Virus record (IMG/VR): IMGVR_UViG_3300030376_005538
Coordinates: 1 to 46,305 of that record
DNA length: 46,305 bases
Strand: one strand, 5' to 3'
Source of the DNA: a virus
Lineage: Duplodnaviria; Caudoviricetes
Every line of letters begins with the position of its first letter. Within the stretch, counting starts at the first letter, position 1. Made by a program: the position numbers and the translations under genes. The notes below the pieces were generated by a model. The model made no database searches. It had not been told where the DNA came from and saw only the letters and a list, made by a program, of their open reading frames with translations. Shown one piece after another: positions 19,272 through 29,281 of this stretch.

Positions 19272-20117
19272 TCAAGAACTGATTACCCCGCTTGACTGCG
19301 TGTATCTAGTGTCCCAGTCTGCTTCGTAAACGACAACAGCAAAGTTGTTTGAGCTACCAGTTACATCTGCTGACGCTTGAATTTTGATCTTCAGCTTCTC
19401 ACCCTTTGTAAGAGCTGCGTTGTCAAACAAAAAGTGAACTACGTCCTGATCATCTGTAGCCGTTACAGCCACCGTTTCTGACTCGACATCTGTGTCGACC
19501 CCAGTTCCAATGGCGTCCTTCTCAACGGTCATTGTAAGGTTTCCTGCTCCGCTTAAATTAGAGAACCTAAGCTGTACGCTTTTTACAACAATGTTGCATG
19601 GGCAAAGCCAGTCTGCGTAAGAGTTGTTGTCGGATGTTTGCTCGGTCGGTGGTCCGTTTAGGGGAAGATAGTGAGTAAGAGTTCCGATGTCGTCAAAAAA
19701 TCCACAGGTAATAGATCCGTATGTTGGGCCTGCTGGACCAGTAGGACCTGTTGCCCCCGTGGTCCCCGTTGGCCCCGTAGGACCCGTAGGACCTGCTGAG
19801 GAGCTTGGGTCTGCTGTTGTGGTGACTGAGGAAATAGCCGTAACGTCTGCCACGGAGAAGAAGTTGTCAACATCATCAAAGAGAATCGAACTAACTGATG
19901 ATAGTGAAGACGTCACATTGGAGATGCTTGAGATGACGTCCTTGGCTTTGCCTGAAGTGACAGAAAGGACAACCACGGTAGTAGCGTCCTTTCCAGATTT
20001 AGTTGTCTTAAAAAACAAACTGACAGAAGTGTCAGATGTATACTCTGTTCTTAAAAGAGCGGAGGCAGGCAAAGCTACTACGTCTGTAGCTGTTTTAATA
20101 AACAGGAATTGCTTCAT
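19272..20117 (-). CDS. Virion fibre/decoration protein with a short collagen-like segment, 281 aa
   Basis: Eight G-X-Y triplets (GPTGPTGPTGTTGATGPTGPAGPT, 19722-19793) between two beta-rich domains. Confidence 0.7.
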   Translation of the reverse strand: MKQFLFIKTATDVVALPASALLRTEYTSDTSVSLFFKTTKSGKDATTVVVLSVTSGKAKDVISSISNVTSSLSSVSSILFDDVDNFFSVADVTAISSVTTTADPSSSAGPTGPTGPTGTTGATGPTGPAGPTYGSITCGFFDDIGTLTHYLPLNGPPTEQTSDNNSYADWLCPCNIVVKSVQLRFSNLSGAGNLTMTVEKDAIGTGVDTDVESETVAVTATDDQDVVHFLFDNAALTKGEKLKIKIQASADVTGSSNNFAVVVYEADWDTRYTQSSGVISS

Positions 20118-20140
20118 GAATTACAAATATACTGCAAAAG

Positions 20141-20167
20141 AAAAAGGCCCCCGCAGGAGCCTTTCTA
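20141..20167 (-). terminator. Probable intrinsic terminator
   Basis: AAAGGC..GCCTTT inverted repeat with a long T-run on the minus strand, after the 20193-20561 gene. Confidence 0.55.
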
Positions 20168-20192
20168 GTAGTCTTTAAAAGACCTATTTAGA

Positions 20193-20561
20193 TTACGATG
20201 CGTCGAGCTCACCAACACCAAGTGCAAGTGGCGCCCAAGCCTCACCATTCCAGATCAGCGTGCAAGATTCGTCTGTAAGGTCAAGCTTAACTTTTACAAA
20301 GTCAGCAAAAACATAGCTGGCAATCGCTACAACAACGTCGTTAGACGCGCTTCCGCCTTCCATAATCATCGTCAAGATTTGACCTGGAACAGTTCCATCA
20401 GCAAGTGTGAAGGACTGAGTTCCGCCAGAGTTAATATCAAAAACAATAAGGCTGGTGTCAATAGGCAACGCAGGAGTTGAGTCATCATTAAGTTCTACCG
20501 CAGCGCCCTTAAGGTACAGAGGAAAAACATGATTTTCTCTTTTAGAATTTACTAGTCCCAT
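20193..20561 (-). CDS. Probable capsid decoration/auxiliary protein, ~122 aa
   Basis: Start reassigned to MGLVNSKREN; TLADGTVPGQIL and CTLIWNGEAW beta motifs; directly after the major capsid gene. Confidence 0.55.
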   Translation of the reverse strand: MGLVNSKRENHVFPLYLKGAAVELNDDSTPALPIDTSLIVFDINSGGTQSFTLADGTVPGQILTMIMEGGSASNDVVVAIASYVFADFVKVKLDLTDESCTLIWNGEAWAPLALGVGELDAS

Positions 20562-20582
20562 AATTGTAAGTATTATGAAGAT

Positions 20583-20609
20583 AAGGGGAAGCCCCAAAGG
20601 GCCTCCCCG
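20583..20609 (-). terminator. Stem-loop after the major capsid gene (terminator/attenuator)
   Basis: GGGGA-AGCCC-CAAA-GGGCC-TCCCC hairpin immediately after the MCP stop. Confidence 0.5.
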
Positions 20610-20623
20610 TCACTTCAGGTTAA

Positions 20624-22081
20624 TTATCCCTTGAGCAATACGTGCTGGTTAGCAGCTCTCGTGATCAAGTTAATCTCAGAGCGGTAGTGGAACGTAGCAA
20701 CGTCCTTACCATCGTCTCCGTTATTGTTGAATCCGAGAACACCGCCACCAGACACCCAGTGCTCCATTTCACGGCTGTAGCCGTTAGCAGCCTTGTAGTT
20801 CATTTCCAAAGCAGGAGCCTTGATGCCAGACTTAGGATCAACAACTTGCGTCATTGGAACCATGGCGCCTTGAATGGCACTGGCATTGTTCATCGCACCA
20901 ATCAACGTTGGGTCGTTCAACAACTTCCAGTCGTGCTTGTGGAAAGTGTAGCCACCGCGAGTAAAGCTCTTAAATCCGAGCTCAACAGCCATGTCAGCAG
21001 AGTTTTGGAATGCACCGAACTGACCAGCCAAGCCAGCAGTCACCTGAGTGGCGATACCGTTTGCGAGCAAGTCGTCGATAGCCAAGTCTTGAGTTCTGTT
21101 GAGGTACATAGCGTACTCAGCAGGAGCTCCTTCCTTGTCCAATTCCTTGATGATAGTGTCAAACTCAGACATTGCAGAGAATGGGCTTGCAAACAAGCCA
21201 GACTGAACGAGACCTCTGTCTTCGAGAGCTGCAAAGTAGCCCTCAGATCCAGTGATGTCGTCAACAGTTGTGCCTGGGCCTGTGCCTGGGCTGTTTCTTT
21301 CGGCGAACAACATCATCATCTCTCTCTTGTCTTCAAAGCGAGCGCGAGTGTCTTGCTCACCCTTGATGTACCATCTGTAATCGCCGTTACCGAGGTTCAC
21401 GTAACCAATGTTGGTTGCCGCAGAACCAGTAACTTGGTAGCGATCCTTGATGATCATGAATGGGTTCACACGCTTCACCAAGCCTGGCTCCATGTGCTCA
21501 CCTGGCTGAGCTGTACCCTGTGGGTACATGTTGCCGAGCATAATAAATTCAGCTGCAGCTGCGATGGTGTTGGAGGTGTTGCCATCCAAAGTAGACAAGT
21601 TTACATCCACAGCATCACCGTCGTTTCCGTCGGTTACTGCGTTTACGATGTACTTTTGTCCATTGGACTTGTCCATAATGACGTCGTACAACTGAGGTCC
21701 GTTTCCGTCAGCAAAAGTAACGTTTGCGAGCAAGCCGTTTGAGTTTGAAACGGTGCCTGACTCGGTGCAAACGAGAAGCTTGTGACGTCTAGCCTCTTCG
21801 AAGTAGGTAACTTCGTCTTGAGTAGCAGCCGCATTGACAGCGCCTGTGAGCTTCAAGAAGCCAGTGATACCTTGATCGCCATAGGTTTTGATAAGAGCCT
21901 CACGAACATCGGGCTTAGCGTATTCGCCGATGAGTTCGCCGATTGTTACATACTTTGAAGGATCCGCCTTAAACGATCCTGCAACAGTTGATCCGTTTGT
22001 GACGAGTGGGTTGTCGGCGGGGGTAAATAAACCAGTACCGCTGTTTACCGAACCACCGTCTACGGGGTTTGAAAGTGCCAT
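20624..22081 (-). CDS. Major capsid protein (crAss-like), 485 aa
   Basis: TYGDQGITGFL, GSEGYFAALEDRG, LGFKSFTRGGYTFHKHDWKLLNDP, HYRSE motifs; strong codon bias; follows a scaffold-like gene. Confidence 0.85.
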   Translation of the reverse strand: MALSNPVDGGSVNSGTGLFTPADNPLVTNGSTVAGSFKADPSKYVTIGELIGEYAKPDVREALIKTYGDQGITGFLKLTGAVNAAATQDEVTYFEEARRHKLLVCTESGTVSNSNGLLANVTFADGNGPQLYDVIMDKSNGQKYIVNAVTDGNDGDAVDVNLSTLDGNTSNTIAAAAEFIMLGNMYPQGTAQPGEHMEPGLVKRVNPFMIIKDRYQVTGSAATNIGYVNLGNGDYRWYIKGEQDTRARFEDKREMMMLFAERNSPGTGPGTTVDDITGSEGYFAALEDRGLVQSGLFASPFSAMSEFDTIIKELDKEGAPAEYAMYLNRTQDLAIDDLLANGIATQVTAGLAGQFGAFQNSADMAVELGFKSFTRGGYTFHKHDWKLLNDPTLIGAMNNASAIQGAMVPMTQVVDPKSGIKAPALEMNYKAANGYSREMEHWVSGGGVLGFNNNGDDGKDVATFHYRSEINLITRAANQHVLLKG

Positions 22082-22086
22082 AATTT

Positions 22087-23199
22087 TTAGATTCTAGGAT
22101 TGAAAGAAAGTCCGCGACCCATGCTTCCGATTACTCCTTTGAGCTGCTCGTTTACTGGGTCAACGGGGTTTTGATTTGGGTTTGTCTGTGGAGACTGAAC
22201 ACTAGAATTAGCGACTTTGGTGACAACGTTCTTAGATCCGTCGCTGATACCCTGACGGTATGCGTTAGCAACGATATGATCAATGTTGTCTACCACAGCT
22301 CTATGTGAATTGAGCTTGTCGTAATCCCAGGTTCCGTCTTCACGGACATAGGGGTCGAAGTAATCCTCAAGTTGAGAATTCTTTTCGATAAGTTGATTCC
22401 GATAGGAGTCGTCCAATCCGAACTGGAAACTGCTTCCGTTGCCAAGGTCAAACTCTAGACCCGTAAGCGCGGATGTTTCTCGTCGCATGTCCGCCAACCA
22501 TTCGTCGTCAAGAAAAGACTCAGGATCGGATGGAGCCTCTAAAGCGGGAGCCTTATAGGTCTCTCTCACTTCGTTAATAGATTTTCTAGCCTTCTCTGAG
22601 TCTACTTTGAGCTGAAGCTTTGCTAAGCTGACCTCTTGCTCAGAATACATGGTCTCATCAAGCTTGTACTTGCTGTGAGTAAGCGTTCTCACTTCCTCAC
22701 TAGAAAGGCTTGGGTAGTCCATTGCTGTGTTAATGAGAAGAGCCGACATATCATCCATGTTCTCTGGGTTTAGACGTTGATACGCCATCCAGTCTTCTGG
22801 AGATCTGCCTGTCTCTTGCACAAAGTCAGCAATCTTCTGAATTCGAGAGTCGAGCTGTAGAGGCTCTTGCTCTGTATATGTCAAGTCGTCGAGCGAGTTG
22901 ATGTCTCTTCCCAGCCTCTCACTGAGATATCCAAACATAGCCTGCTCGACTTGTTGATTCGTGTATTGCGGTTGCTCTTGCGGAGTCGGTTCAACAGATG
23001 CGGCCTCTGGATCCACGTATGGTGTTTCCTGTGGCTGCTCAGGCTGGGCCTGAGGCTGCTGCATAGACTGAGCAAAGTCTTCCGCGTTGTCAAAGAACTG
23101 TACTTCTGGCTGAGACTCCTGGGGAGCTTCAACCTGAGGTTGTTCCACTTGTGGTTGCTCCACCTGAGGAGCTTCGGTAGTAATGTTTTCGTTTTCCAT
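22087..23199 (-). CDS. Putative capsid scaffolding protein, 370 aa
   Basis: Acidic with PQVEQ repeats, FVQETGRSPEDW and AYRQG motifs; directly upstream of the MCP. Confidence 0.7.
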   Translation of the reverse strand: MENENITTEAPQVEQPQVEQPQVEAPQESQPEVQFFDNAEDFAQSMQQPQAQPEQPQETPYVDPEAASVEPTPQEQPQYTNQQVEQAMFGYLSERLGRDINSLDDLTYTEQEPLQLDSRIQKIADFVQETGRSPEDWMAYQRLNPENMDDMSALLINTAMDYPSLSSEEVRTLTHSKYKLDETMYSEQEVSLAKLQLKVDSEKARKSINEVRETYKAPALEAPSDPESFLDDEWLADMRRETSALTGLEFDLGNGSSFQFGLDDSYRNQLIEKNSQLEDYFDPYVREDGTWDYDKLNSHRAVVDNIDHIVANAYRQGISDGSKNVVTKVANSSVQSPQTNPNQNPVDPVNEQLKGVIGSMGRGLSFNPRI

Positions 23200-23220
23200 A
23201 AATTAAATTGTTTTTCTATA

Positions 23221-23592
23221 TCAGTGACCGAAGTATACAATGTACCCTCCAGTCGTATCGTCTGAAGACTGCATTGAAACCTCAGTCCATCTTCCATAAA
23301 TCGTCATGCCTTTGGGGAACACCGCAGTGTTTGGAATAGCGATTCCACCCGCGCCTTCTACAGCAGTGGGGCTATCAACAGAAAGACTGTTGGCAGCGTG
23401 CGCCCTGCTAATAAGATTGTCTGGCTCAGCAGAAACAAGATCGTTGAGCGTCGTGTCCTTCAAAAACTGAATCGCCACAATAACCATACCCGTTGGGGGC
23501 TGAATCTTGTCGTTTTGTTGATTCTGATAAGCGCTTCCAAGCTGCCCAAAGGCAACATTATTGAACTCGCTTTGATTTGTAAGTTTTGCCAT
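23221..23592 (-). CDS. Small virion structural protein, 123 aa
   Basis: VAIQFLKDT and FPKGMTIYGRWT..YIVYFG beta motifs; lies in the portal-MCP interval. Confidence 0.6.
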   Translation of the reverse strand: MAKLTNQSEFNNVAFGQLGSAYQNQQNDKIQPPTGMVIVAIQFLKDTTLNDLVSAEPDNLISRAHAANSLSVDSPTAVEGAGGIAIPNTAVFPKGMTIYGRWTEVSMQSSDDTTGGYIVYFGH

Positions 23593-23601
23593 GTTTTCTA
23601 A

Positions 23602-24009
23602 TTATGAGTACTTAACTGCTGAGCTGTCGAGACCAAACACTGCAAATTCGACAATTTGATCAACGTCAGTACCATATAGTTTCAGATTCACTGCTGGATC
23701 AACAGGCATAAAGCAAAACTCACCACCGCCAAGCTTGGCGAGGACGGGATCATCAGCAGAAGTGTCAGCGTACACATAGGCGTACTTTTCAACTTCTGTC
23801 CCGAGATTTCTGACATACAAGTAAGCTCTGTTGAGTTTCTCGTTTGCCTTGTGAATGCTTTGAGCCGAGGCGCCTGCCGCCGTACCTAATACCTTTACGC
23901 GCTGAACATTACCACTGTCTGCAATCAATGTTACAGCAGCAGAAATGTCAATGTTTGAGGCAAGGACATCTACAGTCTGAATCCTAATGTTGGACCGAAC
24001 TGTACCCAT
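23602..24009 (-). CDS. Virion structural protein (paralog group A), ~135 aa
   Basis: Start reassigned to MGTVRSNIR, overlapping the upstream stop; YLYVRN..KLGGGEFCFMP motif. Confidence 0.6.
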   Translation of the reverse strand: MGTVRSNIRIQTVDVLASNIDISAAVTLIADSGNVQRVKVLGTAAGASAQSIHKANEKLNRAYLYVRNLGTEVEKYAYVYADTSADDPVLAKLGGGEFCFMPVDPAVNLKLYGTDVDQIVEFAVFGLDSSAVKYS

Positions 24010-24437
24010 TATGAGTGGTAAATAGCCAAGTACTCCAGCGTGATAGATGTAGACACGCTTGGGGTAATTGTAATGTCGGTGTTGTTTGCTGCGCTGTAGG
24101 GAAGGAACATCCAATCTCCAGCATACAGTCTTCCAACCTCCAAGGCATTAGAGTCTCCAGTTCCATTACCCAACTTAATAGTAAAGTACTCAGAGCTGGT
24201 AGTGCTTGGATTCTTGATGTAAATCTTGTGAGCGGGGTCCGACGCCGCGCCGAAATCGGTTTCGTCAAAAAGAACAGCCTCAGATGCAGAGGTGTAGATC
24301 TTTCTGTTTACGCCTGTTGTTTGATCCAACCCAGTAACGCTATTACCCTTCGTGAGGGTAGTAGAGGTCGAGATGGACAAAGAGTCACCAGTCAAATCTG
24401 AGCTGGAGAGCGTGAGTGTTGCAGTTGTAGTTGCCAT
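24009..24437 (-). CDS. Virion structural protein (paralog group A), 142 aa
   Basis: KIYIKN..RLYAGDWMFLP motif; TATATTTG element upstream. Confidence 0.65.
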   Translation of the reverse strand: MATTTATLTLSSSDLTGDSLSISTSTTLTKGNSVTGLDQTTGVNRKIYTSASEAVLFDETDFGAASDPAHKIYIKNPSTTSSEYFTIKLGNGTGDSNALEVGRLYAGDWMFLPYSAANNTDITITPSVSTSITLEYLAIYHS

Positions 24438-24469
24438 TTGTGTTTGGTGGTTTTTTGCAAATATAAGTG

Positions 24470-24724
24470 TTATTTCTTTTTCTTCTTTCTAAGCTTCGGC
24501 TTATACCTTGACACTCTGCCTTTTGTCTTCTTTTCCTTTGCTGCCCTAGCTTTTTGAGCGGGGGTCAACTCAGACCATGTGGAAGGTGTTTTAGAAGAAA
24601 CTCTTTTTGTGGGCCGAAAGGTTCTGTCGCTTCCGCTATACCCTTTCTTACCGCGTGGTGTACGCCAGTCTTCCTTGAACCAGCGCTTGAGGGCAAGCCC
24701 CTTTGCTGTTTTCCTGACTGCCAT
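24470..24724 (-). CDS. Small basic protein, 84 aa
   Basis: LKRWFKEDW..RPTKRVSSKTP motif, recalled from aquatic phage proteins (DUF5872-like, unverified). Confidence 0.65.
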   Translation of the reverse strand: MAVRKTAKGLALKRWFKEDWRTPRGKKGYSGSDRTFRPTKRVSSKTPSTWSELTPAQKARAAKEKKTKGRVSRYKPKLRKKKKK

Positions 24725-24882
24725 TACTTCTTTTTGCTCTTGTTGCCCCAGTTCTTAGCACCGACTTTGCGGCACTTGGCCACGGCGCCAGAGGCGTAGG
24801 CCGAAGGCCACACTTTGTATCTGCGCTTTACCTTATGGTAGCAGGCATCCTTGTTGGTACCCCCCTTCTTCATTACCTTCAT
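24724..24882 (-). CDS. Small basic protein, 52 aa (not in ORF track)
   Basis: MKVMKKGGTNKDACYHKVKRRYKVWPSAYASGAVAKCRKVGAKNWGNKSKKK; overlaps the start/stop codons of both neighbours. Confidence 0.7.
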   Translation of the reverse strand: MKVMKKGGTNKDACYHKVKRRYKVWPSAYASGAVAKCRKVGAKNWGNKSKKK

Positions 24883-25070
24883 GACTTAGCGTGATTTGCC
24901 ATCTTGAACTTAGCTTTAGCTACAGCTCCAGGATGCGGTTTGTAATCGCCAGCCATAAGGTAGTATCTACCACCCTCCTCCATCCAGTGATAACCTTTTG
25001 GGGGGTCAACAGTCATCGTCTTGTTTAAGACGGTGAAGTTTTTTGTCTTTTTTCCCTTTACCGTTTTCAT
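24879..25070 (-). CDS. Small basic protein, 63 aa
   Basis: MKTVKGKKTK..PPKGYHWM..YYLM..YKPHPGA; translationally coupled to neighbours. Confidence 0.65.
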   Translation of the reverse strand: MKTVKGKKTKNFTVLNKTMTVDPPKGYHWMEEGGRYYLMAGDYKPHPGAVAKAKFKMANHAKS

Positions 25071-25372
25071 TAGCACTTCCACTTTCTAAGGGCAAGGGCC
25101 TTACGTGTAGGCTTCCCGTTTTTTCTCATAGGGCCCTTTACACCCTTCATTCGAGCACAAAAAGAACGCTTACGAGGACCACCTCCAGGCTGTGGAGCCT
25201 TTAAGTTGGATCCCGTTTCTCTGTTGTACTTTTCTCGGCCAGCTTTGGTCAAGCCCCCAGTGCGAGACTTGTGCTTTCCCATTCTGAGCTTGACGCCCTT
25301 CTTTTTCACCCTACCGCCTTTCTTTGCGGTTCGCGGCGTAGAGGACGCATTATTCTTTTTTACACAGTGCAT
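25070..25372 (-). CDS. Small basic protein, 100 aa
   Basis: KHKSRTGGLTKAGR..RKRSFCARMKG..ALRKWKC motif (DUF6321-like from memory, unverified). Confidence 0.65.
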   Translation of the reverse strand: MHCVKKNNASSTPRTAKKGGRVKKKGVKLRMGKHKSRTGGLTKAGREKYNRETGSNLKAPQPGGGPRKRSFCARMKGVKGPMRKNGKPTRKALALRKWKC

Positions 25373-25381
25373 GAGACAAAT

Positions 25382-26437
25382 TTAAGAAATTTGATATTTC
25401 TGTTTTAGGAGCCTACCGAGCGCTGCTGATTTCTGACCATCAATGGCTTTTCTAAACAATCCCCACTCTGCCAAATACACTGCATCACCATCTGAAATCT
25501 GAGCAACTGACACATTGTCAACTGCCCTACCGCCAGTTATTGAGGTAATATCTCTGTTCTTACACTTGGGTCCAAAGCTATCTACAAAAATGTCGTTGTT
25601 ATTAGCAGCGTCAAAACGTCCGATGTTCTTCTTTGCATTTATGAATCCAAGAGCATCATCATCATAGACTGAAAAATTACCGCTTGTGTCTCTAGAGAAA
25701 ACGATAATCACCATGTCGCCATTCGCTGTGGTCATTTTGGATTGAAGGTCCTGACCAAAATCATCTGCATTAAGAATTGAATCATAACTTGTAGCAATTT
25801 GATTATCACCCCTTAGTCTAACTTTCATCTGCTGCGAAGAATTAAGAACCTCAAGAACTGGATTTGTTGTCTCTCTTACTGTGCTGTAAACCCAAAGAGG
25901 TGACATTGCAGCCTTGAATGCAGACTTGTCGAAAGAAAACACCGCATACATGGTGAAATCTCCACTAATCTTTAGCCTTTCTCCGTTGCTTCCGTCTTCC
26001 GCAACTCCACCGAAGTGAAAAAACTTAGATTCGTGAGTATCACTGGTGGCGTCGGCCACAAACTTCATGGCCCCACCAGTAAAAGGATTGTGAGTGTCCC
26101 CGATATTAAAGACAGGCTTGTCTACATCGGATCTAAAATTAAGTTTTGATGGGTGGGACAAATTCATGCCCGTCTCTTTTCCGCTGTTTAACCATGTTTG
26201 AACTATAGCTCCGCTTGAAAGCCCAGAAGTAGATGCAACAAACCTTATGTCTACGTTTTCTAAAATATCCTCAAGAGTCGCTGCGGCCCCAATAGAGAAA
26301 TCTCCAAAAGTGTCTGGGTTTGCGACATTGAATTTAACGTCACCAGCCTCTATTGAAGATGATATTTCAGAAGAAGATTGAGCCTGAAAGCTCACCGTAG
26401 CATTCTTCTTTCTGGGTAGAGTAAATTCTACGGCCAT
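25382..26437 (-). CDS. Virion protein with a probable LamG/ConA-like beta-sandwich, 351 aa
   Basis: SGAIVQTWLNSG, DFTMYAVF and YLAEWGLFRKAI..LKQKY pattern. Confidence 0.5.
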   Translation of the reverse strand: MAVEFTLPRKKNATVSFQAQSSSEISSSIEAGDVKFNVANPDTFGDFSIGAAATLEDILENVDIRFVASTSGLSSGAIVQTWLNSGKETGMNLSHPSKLNFRSDVDKPVFNIGDTHNPFTGGAMKFVADATSDTHESKFFHFGGVAEDGSNGERLKISGDFTMYAVFSFDKSAFKAAMSPLWVYSTVRETTNPVLEVLNSSQQMKVRLRGDNQIATSYDSILNADDFGQDLQSKMTTANGDMVIIVFSRDTSGNFSVYDDDALGFINAKKNIGRFDAANNNDIFVDSFGPKCKNRDITSITGGRAVDNVSVAQISDGDAVYLAEWGLFRKAIDGQKSAALGRLLKQKYQIS

Positions 26438-26847
26438 TACCTAAGGGTTACATCCGCAGAGACGGTAAACGTTCCATAAAACCAAGTTTGACTAGAAGCG
26501 TCTGAAGACTTGTCTGCGCTGATGTCATAAAAGTATGTTCCTGGACCAATGCCAGCAATAGCCTCTCTTGTTGCAAAGATAGAAAGGGTTCCATCAGCCG
26601 CCCCAGAAAGCGTCAAAAGCAAAGAGTTTTTTCCGCCAGGAGAGTCCGACAAAACCACGTCGGTCCTTGTGTTCTTTAGCTTAGGGGAAATGTTGGACCG
26701 AATGTCCATACTGAAGTTGTATGCAGTAAGATCTACCGCATCTCCATCCGTGTCTTTTACGGTAACATCAAAGCTAAGAGTGTCACCCCTTCTGATAGTG
26801 ATGTCAAGCTCTTTTGATACGTCAAGATTTAGTTTAGTTGCCGCCAT
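26437..26847 (-). CDS. Ig-like virion protein (BppU-N-like), 136 aa
   Basis: LDITIRRGDT..VDLTAY..GTYFYDI..GTFTVSADVT. Confidence 0.6.
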   Translation of the reverse strand: MAATKLNLDVSKELDITIRRGDTLSFDVTVKDTDGDAVDLTAYNFSMDIRSNISPKLKNTRTDVVLSDSPGGKNSLLLTLSGAADGTLSIFATREAIAGIGPGTYFYDISADKSSDASSQTWFYGTFTVSADVTLR

Positions 26848-29281
26848 CTGTCAAGTTTCTGATGATATTCTGGGTAGTTGAATTGGTGAGCTCACCTCTT
26901 CGATCTTTTCTTTGGCTCATGAGCTTGGATTGAGCGACAGCCTGCTTGTCAACGCGCTCATCTTTTCTATCCTCTTTCAAGACTTCGAGCTTTTCTTGGA
27001 ACTCCTGATCATCAGTCTTAAATCCAAGTGTCGCCTGAGCTTTGATAATTTCAAGCTCCTTCTTCATTTCGTGAAGGGCAGTCGCGACCTGAATGTCAGA
27101 CTGAGCTTTTGCTTGAATCTTTTGAACTTCAATCTGAGCCTGCATCTGAATCTCCTGCTGTCTGGCCTGCGATGCGCTCTGAGCAGCTTCTTGAGCTTGC
27201 TTGGACTGCATTTGAGAGTTCTGAGCAGCCATCTGTTGAGTTTTAGCCTCTCTCTTCTGCCTTCTAACAGACAAGAGTCTTTCTGCCTGCTCAACATCTT
27301 TGAGTTCACGAACAGCCATAGCATCCTCCAGACTAATCGCCTGCTGCTGAAGAGACATTTGAATAGACTGCTCAAGGAACTGTCTTTCCCTGTCGTCCAT
27401 ATCCTTTTTCACCTGAACGCCAAAATTAAACATAGGCAGATCACTAAATGAAGTGACAGCAGCCATGTTTGAGCTTCCAATCGCGTTTGCGTATGACTGA
27501 AAGACAATAGATTCCTGAGGAAGAATTTGAATGCACTTTACAAGATCTGAACAAACCTTTTGGAACATCAAGAGAGCAGAATTTGTGATGTCGTAAATAG
27601 CATTGTTTCCTGCTGCAATCGCTTGCTCTCTTACCCCGACAAGAGCGTCACCCTTTGGGGTAGAGGCATCCATAGCCTCGTTAATTCCCGTGACATCACG
27701 GATCATTCTAAGGTAGTGGTTGTACAGGTTAATCAGCTCATTGATGTTTCTAATGCTGTTGCCAATCTCTCTGATAGGTGGGTTTTGAAATCCTCCTTCT
27801 GGGTTTTTACTTCTATAGTAAAAGACACCAGTTTGCTCGTAGATGTCATGAAGGTCAAGAGGCTGAAGCTCACCAGCCTTTCCAAGCTGGACGTTCTCAA
27901 GACCCTCGATATCAATGATCAGTCCGTCAGGCTTGGCCTTTGCAATGGCCTGCTGAATCTTGAGGTGAGTCAGCTGAAGCATGTCCGCAAAACCCTTTGT
28001 GCTGCCAATCATGGACTTAGGCACCATGTTGTCAAGGTTTGTTGCGACAACGGAGTAAGAAAGGTTTGTTCTGCTGAGGTCGTAAGCGTTGCGAGGAGTG
28101 TTTGTCTTCATACCGTAGTCGAAGAGGTAGTCACACCCCATCACGTAGAACCCTCCGTAGGCATTTGTTACGTCAAGACGATGTGGGGTTCTTGAGAAAA
28201 CTCCACCAGTCTTTTCCTTGTAGTTGTAGCCCTGCATGTAAAAACCTACATTCCCAAACCGATTTCCTCTTTCTTCAAAGTGAAGGGTGTCGGTAGAAAG
28301 AAACTCAAACTCAAGAAGCTCGACAGTGTACTCGTCATAACCGTAAACTGTTCGTCTAGCCTGATTATCGTAATAAGTTCTGTTCAGCTTTGATGAGTCG
28401 TTTCCGTTTTTAGAGGCAGATTTTTCTGCAATCTTTTTGTATTGTTCCTCAGTAAGCTTATCACCAGCCAATCTCTTCAACTCCTGAATTGAGATTCTTC
28501 TAACAGATCCTGCGTAAGAAATGTCTTCAAAATTTGGATCCTCAGTGTAGCTGTGAACAAAGTCTTTTGGGTCAATGTACTTCAGCGTAATTCCAAGAGA
28601 AGGATCATTGACTCTTTTGACAACACCCATTCCGCAAGCAACCAAATCGTTAACAACTCTTCTAAAGGTCGTTTCGCTAAAGTTGTTCCAGGACAGTGTC
28701 AGGTTGGTAGATATCTGAGCAGCAATCTCTGCATCCAGCTTAATGCTTTGACCCATGAAAATCTCAGCCTCTTCGAGAGTCTCTGGAATTTGATCTGGGT
28801 CCATGTTTACAATAACCCCATGAGCCTTCTTAAGCTTCATGAGTATGTCCCTGTTAGCAACTAGAGTCTCAAGCTTTTTCTTTTCAATGTCCTTGTAGGA
28901 CGTAGAAAGGGGATCTACCGCCTCAATGTTGGGATAGAGATTCCTAGATAGAATCTTGTTTACAACAATTTTGGCAAACTTGGGAAGAATCGGTACTGGA
29001 CTGTAATCCAGGTTTATAAGAGATCCGTCGCTTGAATTTGGGTCAAGGGTGTTGAGGAGCTTTTTGTAAATATCAACATCTTGAGTACCGTTTGCGTACT
29101 TCCTGTTTCTGTGAAACTCCTTGTTTCTTCTGTTAATGGAGGAGTCATCTGGGGATGACCCGCTCCACTGGGCTTCAATAGCCTTTGCATACCCCAAACC
29201 ATATTCCTGGCTCAACTTTTCCTCCTGACTTGCAAGCGGATTAGGAAATGATTTTGAGGCTTTAGTTGAGCTTCCGTACAT
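26834..29281 (-). CDS. Portal protein (crAss-like), ~815 aa
   Basis: SFPNPLAS..YGLGYAKAIE, LDYSPVPILPKF, QTGVFYYRS, IRDVTGINEA, C-terminal Gln-rich coil; adjacent to terminase. ATG 29281 preferred because the TTG at 29305 lies inside a promoter element. Confidence 0.85.
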   Translation of the reverse strand: MYGSSTKASKSFPNPLASQEEKLSQEYGLGYAKAIEAQWSGSSPDDSSINRRNKEFHRNRKYANGTQDVDIYKKLLNTLDPNSSDGSLINLDYSPVPILPKFAKIVVNKILSRNLYPNIEAVDPLSTSYKDIEKKKLETLVANRDILMKLKKAHGVIVNMDPDQIPETLEEAEIFMGQSIKLDAEIAAQISTNLTLSWNNFSETTFRRVVNDLVACGMGVVKRVNDPSLGITLKYIDPKDFVHSYTEDPNFEDISYAGSVRRISIQELKRLAGDKLTEEQYKKIAEKSASKNGNDSSKLNRTYYDNQARRTVYGYDEYTVELLEFEFLSTDTLHFEERGNRFGNVGFYMQGYNYKEKTGGVFSRTPHRLDVTNAYGGFYVMGCDYLFDYGMKTNTPRNAYDLSRTNLSYSVVATNLDNMVPKSMIGSTKGFADMLQLTHLKIQQAIAKAKPDGLIIDIEGLENVQLGKAGELQPLDLHDIYEQTGVFYYRSKNPEGGFQNPPIREIGNSIRNINELINLYNHYLRMIRDVTGINEAMDASTPKGDALVGVREQAIAAGNNAIYDITNSALLMFQKVCSDLVKCIQILPQESIVFQSYANAIGSSNMAAVTSFSDLPMFNFGVQVKKDMDDRERQFLEQSIQMSLQQQAISLEDAMAVRELKDVEQAERLLSVRRQKREAKTQQMAAQNSQMQSKQAQEAAQSASQARQQEIQMQAQIEVQKIQAKAQSDIQVATALHEMKKELEIIKAQATLGFKTDDQEFQEKLEVLKEDRKDERVDKQAVAQSKLMSQRKDRRGELTNSTTQNIIRNLTDGGN

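Noticed and set aside
20642-21742. 366-aa plus-strand ORF, and similar long plus-strand ORFs over the portal, terminase and tail genes
   Set aside because: Antisense shadows of strongly codon-biased minus-strand genes; no protein-like motifs or start context.
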